DNA of 64,000 nt, from the NCBI GenBank assembly GCA_003537755.1, contig DPQS01000029.1, positions 27,914 to 91,913 on the forward strand, written 5' to 3'. Numbering within the stretch: position 1 is the stretch's first letter; every line of letters starts with the position of its first letter. Positions 37,172 through 46,062 of this stretch are shown piece after piece. Source of the DNA: Clostridiales bacterium. GTDB taxonomy: Bacteria > Bacillota > Clostridia > Christensenellales > CAG-314. Made by a program: the position numbers and the translations under genes. The notes beneath the pieces are model-generated. The model searched no databases. It was given only the letters and a program-made list of their open reading frames with translations, and was not told the origin of the DNA.

Positions 37172-39082
37172 ATGAAAAATCTTGAAATAATTGCTTTTTC
37201 CATCGACCTTGCAAGACAAAAGGAAAGAGCGGAGTTTGTCAAAAATCAAATGAAGTTTTGCCGTGCCAACGGTTACAACACCGTGTTGTTGTACCTGGAA
37301 GCGAGCGTGCGCACAAGCGTTACGGCATTTTTCGACGAGGCTTCTTCGTACTCGCTTGAAGAGATTGCCGACATGGTAAACTACGGCGAAAGTATAGGGC
37401 TTGACGTGGTGCCTGCGTTTGAAACGCTTGCCCACATGGAGAAATTTTTTGTCTACAAGCAGCTTGCCGACCTTGCCGAGTTTGACGACGAACATAGTCG
37501 GGGACGGGATTTTTGCTCGTCGCTCTATCCGCACGGAAGCCACGGCTGCGCAACGAATCCGCGTTTGCAAAGTTTTACAGACAAATACGTTACCGAAGTT
37601 TGCGGCGTGTTCCACAGTAAGTACGTGCATATGGGCATGGACGAGATGTTTCAGTTCGCCTGTTGCGACGATTGCAGACGAACAATTGAAGGCGGCGTGA
37701 CCAAGCAACAACTGTTTGTGGATTTTGTGTTGCATGCACATGCTCTTGTTGCTGCCATGAATCGTACAATGTTGATGTGGGACGATATGTTGGAATACTA
37801 CCCCGTTGCCGGATTGTTGCCGAGAGATATAGTGCTTTGCAACTGGAATTATATTTATGTGGGCGTATCTCCGCGTGGCAAGTGGACGGGACGTAGCGGT
37901 GTCGATCCGTTTGCGTTGTATGACAAACTCGGCTTCAGATATATGTTTTGTTGCAAGGCAGGCAATCTGTCGCAGACGTTTAATGTCGACAGTTACACGG
38001 CATATGCAGAGAGGCACAATCCCCTCGGCGCAATACTCACCTCGTGGGAACGTTCCGATTGTTTCTATCCGTGCTTGCAACCTGTCGTAGCTTATGCGGG
38101 TCGGTTGTGGAGAGGTATGTCGGACGGTAAAACAGCGGTTGACGTATTTGCCGAGTACATTGGCAACGGTGATTTGTCCGAACGTCTGGTCAATCTTTTT
38201 GCACCCGATTTTGTATTTTGCCGTACGGACATCGTTAAGGTAGCGGAAGAAAACAGTCATGTTTTTTCTGCTTACATTGCTCGGTTAAATGCGACACTAC
38301 AAGCATTTGAAAGGTACAAATCGGTACATATCGATGACGACAACGACGTTTTTGACGACCTGTATGCCAATCTTGCTTTGCAGTATGCGCAGTTGTCTTT
38401 GTCGGCTTTGGGCAACAAGATTTTTGACGAGTACGAGTGTGGCGGAGTTGTAACGGCTCAACCGTATCTTGTTGCCATTGAACGAGCCGAAACGTTGTTT
38501 GACCTGGCGCAAAACATAGGCAGTAAATTGTGGACAAAGTATCGCGGTGGGATAACAAGTTGCGGCAATGCCTGGCAAAGGCTGTGCGAAGGAAACAAGC
38601 AACTTGTCGCCGATTTGCGGAAGGATTTGTATTCCGTCGTCGGGCAAAAGCGCGGAGTGTTGCGTTTGCGTCTGATGTTGCCCGACACTTATGCAAGTAT
38701 TCGTGCCGAAGTTTTTGTGCGTTATGTCGGTCAAAGCGAAGATGCGTTGCTGCAGCGCAGCAGTACAAAAACAATGCTTACAATGTTTGACGTCTCGGGC
38801 GAATACGTGTTGCGTTTTGCCACCGAACCGCAACTGATTGAGTACGTTTTGTTTGCCGCCTACGGCGAAGGCGCGCAGTATCCCGTTTATGCCGAACACT
38901 TTGACGGCAAAAATTGGCACGCGCCCGTTGCGGCAAAAGCGGCGTGCGGCATGGTGAAAGGCGAGCAGAATATTTTGCAGAACAACGCAAGTTTTGGTGT
39001 GCTTGGTACAGATGACGGACGTTGTCATCTTGACGATATGTCGCTTGGCAAACAACGCAACGCAATCAGGATAGTTTTTTGA
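37172..39082 (+). CDS. GH20-like TIM-barrel protein lacking the usual N-terminal domain (cytoplasmic)
   Basis: AFSIDLARQKERAEFVKNQMKFCRANGYNTVLLYLE aligns by eye with GFMLDISRNKVPTLATLKKLVDYLSDVKVNMLQLYVE of the GH20 at 59976. It has HMGMDE where that protein has IGGDE. I see no recognisable SD. Confidence 0.6.
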   Translation: MKNLEIIAFSIDLARQKERAEFVKNQMKFCRANGYNTVLLYLEASVRTSVTAFFDEASSYSLEEIADMVNYGESIGLDVVPAFETLAHMEKFFVYKQLADLAEFDDEHSRGRDFCSSLYPHGSHGCATNPRLQSFTDKYVTEVCGVFHSKYVHMGMDEMFQFACCDDCRRTIEGGVTKQQLFVDFVLHAHALVAAMNRTMLMWDDMLEYYPVAGLLPRDIVLCNWNYIYVGVSPRGKWTGRSGVDPFALYDKLGFRYMFCCKAGNLSQTFNVDSYTAYAERHNPLGAILTSWERSDCFYPCLQPVVAYAGRLWRGMSDGKTAVDVFAEYIGNGDLSERLVNLFAPDFVFCRTDIVKVAEENSHVFSAYIARLNATLQAFERYKSVHIDDDNDVFDDLYANLALQYAQLSLSALGNKIFDEYECGGVVTAQPYLVAIERAETLFDLAQNIGSKLWTKYRGGITSCGNAWQRLCEGNKQLVADLRKDLYSVVGQKRGVLRLRLMLPDTYASIRAEVFVRYVGQSEDALLQRSSTKTMLTMFDVSGEYVLRFATEPQLIEYVLFAAYGEGAQYPVYAEHFDGKNWHAPVAAKAACGMVKGEQNILQNNASFGVLGTDDGRCHLDDMSLGKQRNAIRIVF

Positions 39083-39163
39083 CGTGTCGGTGCGTGTAAT
39101 GTGGCTACGCGGGCAGGCAAAATATTGCAAAGAATGTATTTGACAAAAGGACATAAGGGAAAA

Positions 39164-40501
39164 ATGAACAAAGATTTTATTTGGGGCGTCGCCTCTGCCG
39201 CGTATCAGATCGAAGGTGCGGAAAACGAAGGCGGAAGAAGTCCGAGTATTTGGGACAAACAGTTTACGGAAGGCAAAACCCTGGGCGACATGAACGGCAG
39301 TGTTGCATGCGACCACTATCATCGTTACAAGCAAGACATTGCATTGATGCACGAGCTGGGTGTAAAAAACTATCGGTTTTCCGTCAGTTGGTGTCGTATT
39401 ATGCCCGACGGTACCGGCGCCGTCAATGCCGAGGGCGCGCGTTTCTACAACGATTTGGCAGACGAACTGTTGAAGTACGGAATTACGCCGTGGGTTACTG
39501 TTTATCACTGGGATTTGCCCCGCAAGTTGTTTGAAGAGGGCGGTTTTCTGAACGACAAAATAAGCGACTACTTTGCCGATTATGCCCGTGCCGTGGTTGA
39601 AATGTTTGGAGAAAAAGTGTCCAACTACATTATTTTCAACGAGCCGCAAGTCGTGGTAGAGGACGGACATTTTACGGGGGCGCATGCGCCTTTTTTACAA
39701 TTGAGTCGTAGCGACGTTTTTCGCGTTGCGCACAATGTGTTGTTGTGCATAGGTAAGGCGGAAAAGGCAATGCGTAAGGCTGCAAAACACAAACTGAACC
39801 TGGGCGTTTCGCCGTGTTTTACTCCGATGATTCCGACCGAAGGTTGCGACAAGACGTTTGCCGAAAAATACAATTTTTTGCCCAACGGGGAGTTTTACGA
39901 CGGCTGTTTCTTTACCGATGCGTTGATAAAAGGCGAGTTTTCGGACGAATACAAACAGTGGTTTGCCGAGTACGGCTACAACCCGTCGCAAGACGATTTA
40001 CGCACGATAAAGTGCAACTTCGATTTCTTCGGCGTCAACTATTATCAAGGGTTTTATGTCGAAGAAAATGAAAACGGTATAAGAAAATTGCCGCTTTCGC
40101 CCACAGACAAAGTGACGGCGATGGGCTGGAAGGTTACGCCCGAAGGCATAGAATACATCGTCAGGTACTACTACGAGCGTTACGGTCTGCCCATCATTTT
40201 TGCGGAAAACGGCGTTGCGATTACGGAGTGGAAGACGATTGACGGCGAAGTACCCGATTATATGCGGATAGATTTTATTCGCAGGCACATCGAAGTGTTG
40301 AAAAGGGTTGCCGAAACCTACCCCGTAGCAGGCTACTTCTATTGGACATTTATGGACAACTTCGAATGGACGGCAGGCTACTCGAAACGCTTCGGATTGG
40401 TCTATGTGGATTACGCCACGCAGGAACGTACGCCGAAGAAAAGTGCCTACTGGTACAAGAAAGTAATGCAAACCAACGCCGAAGATTTGTCGGTGGATTA
40501 G
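39164..40501 (+). CDS. GH1 beta-glucosidase/beta-glycosidase
   Basis: I prefer the start at 39164 (AAGGGA SD). Motifs: FIWGVASAAYQIEGA, YHRYKQDI.LM.ELG...YRFS.SW.RI.P.G, VTVYHWDLP, IIFNEP (acid/base), IFAENG (nucleophile), YFYWTFMDNFEW..GY..RFG. Confidence 0.92.
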   Translation: MNKDFIWGVASAAYQIEGAENEGGRSPSIWDKQFTEGKTLGDMNGSVACDHYHRYKQDIALMHELGVKNYRFSVSWCRIMPDGTGAVNAEGARFYNDLADELLKYGITPWVTVYHWDLPRKLFEEGGFLNDKISDYFADYARAVVEMFGEKVSNYIIFNEPQVVVEDGHFTGAHAPFLQLSRSDVFRVAHNVLLCIGKAEKAMRKAAKHKLNLGVSPCFTPMIPTEGCDKTFAEKYNFLPNGEFYDGCFFTDALIKGEFSDEYKQWFAEYGYNPSQDDLRTIKCNFDFFGVNYYQGFYVEENENGIRKLPLSPTDKVTAMGWKVTPEGIEYIVRYYYERYGLPIIFAENGVAITEWKTIDGEVPDYMRIDFIRRHIEVLKRVAETYPVAGYFYWTFMDNFEWTAGYSKRFGLVYVDYATQERTPKKSAYWYKKVMQTNAEDLSVD

Positions 40502-40555
40502 GCGCGGGCGGTAAATACCATGCTGACGGCGAGCCGTTGTTAAGGTGAAAAGTTG

Positions 40556-40597
40556 CCCGAAAAATACATACGTATGCAAAATCCGGCGACAAATTAC
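40556..40597 (+). repeat. Copy of the ATACGTAT-centred intergenic motif
   Basis: cccgaaaaatacATACGTATgcaaaatccggcgacaaattac. The core CATACGTATG is a perfect 10-bp palindrome. Confidence 0.45.
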
Positions 40598-40787
40598 GGC
40601 GTTTTGGGCGCAACAAACCAACAAAAAGCAAAAAAAAGTATAAGCAAAATTTCAGAGTTTTCGTCGTTGCTGTCGTTGACTGCATGCGGCAAACTCCGAC
40701 AAATACACACTTTGTGGAAATCTTGTTTCGCTTAAGGGGTTACAAGCGCGTTAAATACAAATAGAATAAATGCAATAGCTCAATGTA

Positions 40788-40814
40788 AAGAGTCCGGGTG
40801 CGGACTCTTTTTTA
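40788..40814 (+). terminator. Rho-independent terminator ending locus C
   Basis: AAGAGTCCG-GGTG-CGGACTCTT followed by TTTTAC. It lies 287 nt after the GH1 stop. Confidence 0.75.
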
Positions 40815-40978
40815 CTCAAAAAAATTGTTTTTCGTGTGTATATGTGAGCGTAATTGTGCGACCGATTCTTTGTCGGCTAGTCAGATTGCCGTCGTCAAAG
40901 AACGCGTAAAAACGCACAAGCCGGTAGGTTTGCGGTAATTCCGTCGGCTTTTAAGTAGCCATGTGATAATCTCTGCAC

Positions 40979-41006
40979 TTGACTAACGGCAAATTTAGTG
41001 TATAAT
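40979..41006 (+). promoter_or_regulatory. Strong sigma-A-type promoter of the ArsR-like regulator gene
   Basis: TTGACT (40979-40984), a 16-nt spacer ending in TG, then TATAAT (41001-41006). It lies 36 nt upstream of the GTG at 41042. Confidence 0.6.
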
Positions 41007-41041
41007 AACCTTATTTACAAGAAAACAACGGGAGGCGCACA

Positions 41042-41977
41042 GTGATTACAGACAAAATACTTACGCTACACATCAACATCCCCAGCGAGCGCGAAAAGAT
41101 TTGCGCCGTAGGCAGGGCATTGTCCGTGCCCGACCGCGTCAGAATATTAAACTTGCTTACCGCGCGTTCGATGAATCTCAACGAGATTTCCAAGGTGTTG
41201 GATATTCCCGTTTCGTCGGTGTCCAACCATATCAACGCTTTGCAGGACGCCGAACTTGTGCTGGTTACCTACCAACCGAGCGCGAAAGGACACGTTAAGT
41301 TGTGCAGCGAGATGGTTTGCATGGTACAAATCAAGCGTGCCACGCCCAAAACTTCGGACAACGACGCATATTGCATGGAAATGCCCGTCGGCATGTACAC
41401 CGACTGCGACATCAAGTCTCCGTGCGGAATGGCAAGCGCGGAAAAACAGCTTTTTGCGCCCGACTCGCCGGAGTACTTCTTTCTGCCCGAGCGCAAAGAT
41501 GCCGAGTTGGTGTGGTTTTCGCACGGGTATGTCAGTTACATGTTCCCGTATTCCTCGCCCGAAGCCAAACCCGTCAACGAAATCAGCTTTTCGTTGGAGT
41601 TGTGTTCGGAGGCGGTGTACTATCGCAACGTGTGGCCCAGCGACATTACCTTTCTGATAAACGACGTCGAAGTGTTGACGTACACATGCCCGGGTGACTT
41701 CGGGGGCAGGAGAGGAGTATACACGCCGGAGTTCTGGCCTGTGTCCAGTTCGCAATTCGGGTTGCTGAAAAAGATTACGGTCAACAAAAGCGGCGCATAC
41801 ATTGACGACCAGCTTGTTTCCAAAGACGTAACGATATCTAGACTAGGCATTGTCGCCGGCAATGCGGTCAAGTTTACCGTTTTGCTGAAAGACGACGCCA
41901 AACACCAGGGCGGAATCAATATTTACGGGAAGCATTTCGGAGATTTTCCGCAAGCTATAATAATGATGATAAGGTAA
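41042..41977 (+). CDS. ArsR/SmtB-type winged-HTH regulator with a ~215-aa uncharacterised C-terminal domain
   Basis: GTG start with GGGAGG 6 nt upstream. HTH: RALSVPDRVRILNLLTARSMNLNEISKVLDIPVSSVSNHINALQDAELV. I cannot assign the C-terminal two thirds to any family. Confidence 0.75.
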   Translation: MITDKILTLHINIPSEREKICAVGRALSVPDRVRILNLLTARSMNLNEISKVLDIPVSSVSNHINALQDAELVLVTYQPSAKGHVKLCSEMVCMVQIKRATPKTSDNDAYCMEMPVGMYTDCDIKSPCGMASAEKQLFAPDSPEYFFLPERKDAELVWFSHGYVSYMFPYSSPEAKPVNEISFSLELCSEAVYYRNVWPSDITFLINDVEVLTYTCPGDFGGRRGVYTPEFWPVSSSQFGLLKKITVNKSGAYIDDQLVSKDVTISRLGIVAGNAVKFTVLLKDDAKHQGGINIYGKHFGDFPQAIIMMIR

Positions 41978-42148
41978 ACCGTGATATCGGTGCACGGAAG
42001 AGACGTTTTTTTGACGGCTGCCGAACGTGATAATCCTTATCCTTGCTTGTTTTGGCATCTCTTGTACAAATAAAATATTTTTTTTACAAAAAACATTTTC
42101 TTTGATTTTTAAGTAACGTACATCTTAACGGCTTTTTGTGGAAATGGC

Positions 42149-42193
42149 ATGAGGAAACTTCTTCGGACAAAAGAGGTTTCCTCATTTTTTTTG
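42149..42193 (+). terminator. Rho-independent terminator after the regulator gene
   Basis: ATGAGGAAACTTCTT-CGGACAA-AAGAGGTTTCCTCAT (one mismatch) followed by TTTTTTTTG. Confidence 0.85.
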
Positions 42194-42461
42194 TTAATTC
42201 TGAACACTGTTTCGATATATCTTCCAAAATTAAGTAACGTTTCCAAAATGTTGAAAACATAACTGTTTAATTTGCCCGAAATATGAATATTCGAGACAGC
42301 TTGAATATGCTACAATATCTTTGGGGAGTTGTACCCTGAAGGCTTTTTGTGCCGTGTTTTGCGAAAAAGGCATTGAATTACAGTGTTTTACTGCCGGTTT
42401 TGCATACTAAAAGCAATCCCAAAATCGGTATTGTCATCTACAAACAATGTGGAGGAAAACA

Positions 42462-44112
42462 ATGAAAAAGAAATTGTCAATGATACTTGCGCTTGTGCTG
42501 ACGCTTTGTCTGGTGTTGTCTTTGTCGGCAGTGCTTGTCGGCTGCGACGACTTGCCCGGCGAGGGCCCCGAAGAAGAAATCGACCCCAACCGTACGCAAT
42601 TGCGCATAGGTAACTACTACGGCGGCTTGGGTGACGGTTGGCTTAACGAGCTTAAACGTCAGTACGAAGAACTGCACCCCGACGTGCAGATACTTATTAC
42701 AAACGACAAACCGTCCTTTACGCCCGACCAACTAAAAAACAGTATTGCCACAGACAAGCACCAACTGTACTTTGTCGAAAAACAATACTATTATGATTTG
42801 GTCAACGACGGCAAATTGGCAGACGTCACGGACGTCGTTACCGAAAAACTTACCAAGTACGGCGAGGACGTGTCGATTGCCGAAAAGATTTCCGACGATA
42901 CCCTGCGTGAATACTACGGAGGCAAAACCACAGGCAACAAGTACTACGGATTGCCCAGTTACATGTCGCACAGCGGAATAGTGTACGACGTGGACTTGTG
43001 GGAGAATAAAGGCTTCTACATTGCAGACGGCTCGACAGACACCAACGTCAAGTACACCAAGGGCGACAACAAGTCGGCAGGTCCTGACGGAATCAAGGGT
43101 ACGCGCGACGACGGTATGCCCGCAACCTACGAACAATTCAAAAAACTTGTCAAAAAGATTACCGCAAGTAACGTTACTCCGTTTATCTGGAGCGGCGGTA
43201 TCGGCGTATACCAGACAATGGCGACGACGGCATGGTGGGCGGACTACGAAGGTTACGACAACTTTTTGCTCAACTACACCTTCAGCGGCAGTTACACCTT
43301 TGACGGCGACAGCACGCCTACGCAAATCACCGAAGAAAACGCCTATATGTTGCAAAAACAAAAGGGCAAAAAGTACGCTTTGCAGTTTGCCAAGGACCTT
43401 GTAACCAACCCCAACAACTACACGCTGAGCAGTGGCGGTACCACCAAGGACCACCTTGGCGCACAGTACGAATTTATCAAGAGCTACCCTTCGTCGCAGC
43501 CCGTGGCAATGATTCTGGAGTCCGACTGGTGGGAAAACGAAGCGCGCAACAACAACGCGTTTTCCGACATGGTTCCCAAGTACGGCGAAAAGTGGGCTTA
43601 TGTATGGCACGCGTAGGTTTGCGTATATGCCCGTACCTAAGACTACGGGTTCGGCGCAAGGTGAAACGGTTTTGTCCACTTCGGCGACATGCTGTTTCTT
43701 CATCAATGCCAACGCAGGCGACAAAATGGATCTGGCAAAAGATTTTTACCAATTTTGCCATACGGAAAACTCTTTGCGCGTGTTCAATGCCTACACGGGT
43801 ATGTGCCGTCCGTTTAATTACACCCTTACCGACGAACAGTACGAAGGTCTGACGTATTTTTCCAAGTATATTTACGATATGTACAAAGGCGAAAACCCCG
43901 CAAAAGTCATCTACGACATCGGTTTGTGCAACACTCGTCTGAGTGACGTCACCTACTTCCGTGACAGATGGGAGTGGAACGCCAACGTCGGCAGTGTTCC
44001 GTACGACAACCCGTTTAAGGCTTTTGCTTCGGACAGTTCGCTGACCGTGGAAAGCTACTTCAACGGCTTGTTCAAGTACCATTCGGAAAACTGGTCGCGT
44101 TTCGGGTTATAA
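42462..44112 (+). pseudogene. Frameshifted LplA-like substrate-binding lipoprotein gene (paralog of 22254..23942)
   Basis: GGAGGA SD. MKKKLSMILALVLTLCLVLSLSAVLVGC carries a lipobox. Frame A stops at 43616 (..KYGEKWAYVWHA*). The homologous continuation (RRFAYMPVPKTTGS.., matching NIGILPLPKTDANQ in the paralog) is in frame +1, which is open from 43513 to 44112. Confidence 0.8.
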
Positions 44113-44126
44113 CCTAATATTTTGTC

Positions 44127-44155
44127 AAAGAGGGAGTTGTTTCAATTCCCTTTTT
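44127..44155 (+). other. Stem-loop or partial terminator between the binding-protein and permease genes
   Basis: AAAGAGGGA (44127-44135) pairs with TCCCTTTTT (44147-44155), with one G-U pair. The T-run forms part of the stem. Confidence 0.45.
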
Positions 44156-44220
44156 GCGGCAAAATTTTCGGTCAGAAAGCAAGTTTTGTAATAAAAATCT
44201 TCAAAAAGGAGGATTTTTAA

Positions 44221-45141
44221 GTGAAAACGCCAAAGAAAAGAAAGCTGGGCGCAAAGATATTTTACTGGGCAATACTGGCATTGCCTTTGTTGCAGTTTGC
44301 TATATTCTACATCGGCGTCAACGTCAACTCGCTGTTGTTGTCCTTCAAGGAGTATTCCGCAGGCGAAGGCTTCAGGTGGCTTGCGTGGGACAATTTGTTT
44401 GCCAATTACAAAAAGTTTTTCGTCGATCTCGGCAACGATATTGTGCTTAAGTATTGTCTGGAAAACTCGTTTGTGATATGGCTGTTTACGGTTATTCTCA
44501 TTACGCCGATTTGTATATTGTTTTCCTACTATCTGTACAAAAAACGCACGTTGAGCAACGTGTTTAAGGTACTGTTGTTTATGCCGACCATTATCCCCGG
44601 GATAGTCATGGTTCTGGTGTACAAGTATTTTGTCGACGGCGGCATACCCATCTTGCTTGAAAAGTGGTTCAATTTGCGGGTTCTCGGCTTGTTGTACAAG
44701 CCCGACACGGCATTGTGGATGATTGTTATTTTCCTTTGTCTGACGGGGTTTGGTACGGGCATGTTGTTGTACACGGGCGCAATGTCGCGCATCGACAACA
44801 GCCTGCTCGAAAGTTGCCAGCTTGACGGAGCCAACTCCTGGCAAGAGTTGTGGCACATCATTCTGCCGTCCATCTATCCTACGTTTACAATGCAGATGGT
44901 TTTCGGCGTGGCGACGTTTTTCACAAGTCAGGCGGCATTGTACAGCTTTTACGGAATAAATGCTGCTCCGCAAAACTACACCATAGGTTATTGGCTGTTT
45001 TTGATGGTGGCGGGCGACAACGGCACTTATTCGCAGTATCCGTACGCGTCTGCCGCAGGTATAGTGTTTACCTTGGTCGCCGCACCCGTAACGCTGTTGG
45101 TCAAGTACCTTATGGAGCGGTTCGGTCCGTCGGAGGGTTGA
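44221..45141 (+). CDS. ABC sugar transporter permease (LplB-like, paralog of 24118)
   Basis: GTG start with AAAGGAGG 8 nt upstream. ALPLLQFAIFY is shared with its paralog. EAA-like loop LLESCQLDGANSWQELWHIILPSIYP. Confidence 0.9.
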   Translation: MKTPKKRKLGAKIFYWAILALPLLQFAIFYIGVNVNSLLLSFKEYSAGEGFRWLAWDNLFANYKKFFVDLGNDIVLKYCLENSFVIWLFTVILITPICILFSYYLYKKRTLSNVFKVLLFMPTIIPGIVMVLVYKYFVDGGIPILLEKWFNLRVLGLLYKPDTALWMIVIFLCLTGFGTGMLLYTGAMSRIDNSLLESCQLDGANSWQELWHIILPSIYPTFTMQMVFGVATFFTSQAALYSFYGINAAPQNYTIGYWLFLMVAGDNGTYSQYPYASAAGIVFTLVAAPVTLLVKYLMERFGPSEG

Positions 45142-45144
45142 CGC

Positions 45145-46062
45145 ATGAAAAGAATTATCAAAAAGAAAGAAAACGACAAGGATTTCAGCGGTGTACGCAG
45201 CAAACCCAACGCCGCAACCGTAGTTACGTTTGTGCTGCTGGCGGTGTACGGAGTTGTCATGATAACGCTGTTTGTCTGGGCGCTGTTTTCCTCGGTCAAA
45301 ACGCAGTACGACTTTGAAAACAACCCCTTCGGATTCCCCGAAGAGTGGAAGTTCAGCAACTACCTTGTCGCCTTGAGTAAGTTCAGCGTACCTGTAATAC
45401 AAGACGGCGTGTCGCGCAAAGTATTTTTGCCCGAGATGTTGCTCAACAGCCTTATTTACTCGGTAGGTTGCACTATTGTCAACACGGCGGTTACATGCTG
45501 TGTGGCGTACGTCACGGCGAAATACAATTACCGTTTCAGCAAAGTGGTGTACGGCATAGTAATCGTAACCATGGTGTTGCCCATTGTCGGCAGTTTGCCG
45601 TCGGAATTGGAAATGGCGCGTAATCTCGGCACGTACGACCACTTCTGGGGCATCTTCGTAATGAAAGCCAACTTTCTCGGTATGAACTACCTGATTTTCT
45701 ACTCGGCTTTCAAAAATTTGCCGTGGGACTACGCCGAGGCTGCGTTTGTCGACGGCGCGTCACACTTCCACGTCATGACAAGGATAATGATTCCGATGAT
45801 ACGACCGGTAATATCCGTAGTGTTGTTGTTGTCCTTCATCGGCTATTGGAATGACTACTACGTGCCCATGATGTTTATTCCCAATCACCCTGTTGCCGCA
45901 TACGGTTTGTATCGCTACCAACAGGCAACCGACTCGGCAATCAGCACTATCCCGATGAAGATAAGCGGATGTATGATAGTGTTTGCGCCGATATTCGTGC
46001 TGTTTCTTTGTATGAAAGACAAACTGATCGGCAATCTGACCGTAGGAGGTTTGAAAGGATGA
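45145..46062 (+). CDS. ABC sugar transporter permease (LplC-like, paralog of 25072)
   Basis: EAA loop YAEAAFVDGASHFHVMTRIMIPMIRP. The C-terminus ..IGNLTVGGLKG matches ..MGNLSEGGIKG in the paralog. Confidence 0.9.
   Translation: MKRIIKKKENDKDFSGVRSKPNAATVVTFVLLAVYGVVMITLFVWALFSSVKTQYDFENNPFGFPEEWKFSNYLVALSKFSVPVIQDGVSRKVFLPEMLLNSLIYSVGCTIVNTAVTCCVAYVTAKYNYRFSKVVYGIVIVTMVLPIVGSLPSELEMARNLGTYDHFWGIFVMKANFLGMNYLIFYSAFKNLPWDYAEAAFVDGASHFHVMTRIMIPMIRPVISVVLLLSFIGYWNDYYVPMMFIPNHPVAAYGLYRYQQATDSAISTIPMKISGCMIVFAPIFVLFLCMKDKLIGNLTVGGLKG

Noticed and set aside
26772-39685. Series of long minus-strand ORFs over locus C (26772..27917, 27945..29375, 32018..33118, 34444..36180, 37103..38260, 38297..39685)
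   Set aside because: Each is codon-aligned with the plus-strand gene it overlaps; I checked the arithmetic for all six. The plus-strand genes carry signal peptides, SD sites and recognisable domains, and the antisense products do not.
40553-40735. 60-aa ORF in the GH1 3' region containing an LTAC lipobox-like string
   Set aside because: It has a TTG start without an SD. The putative lipobox is at residue ~45 and is preceded by a hydrophilic Lys/Gln-rich stretch rather than a signal peptide.
43600-44112. 170-aa ORF as an independent gene
   Set aside because: Its sequence is the C-terminal third of the LplA-like binding protein (it aligns with the C-terminus of ORF 22254). It has no SD or signal peptide of its own, so I annotate it as part of a frameshifted gene.
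45969-46058. Upstream extensions of track ORFs (45969, and likewise 7872, 10316, 18873, 21167, 22233, 39101, 42447, 52021)
   Set aside because: In each case an internal ATG a few codons downstream has a proper SD at 6-10 nt. It also gives a canonical N-terminus (a signal peptide/lipobox or the family-typical start). The longer versions overlap the preceding gene or lack an SD.
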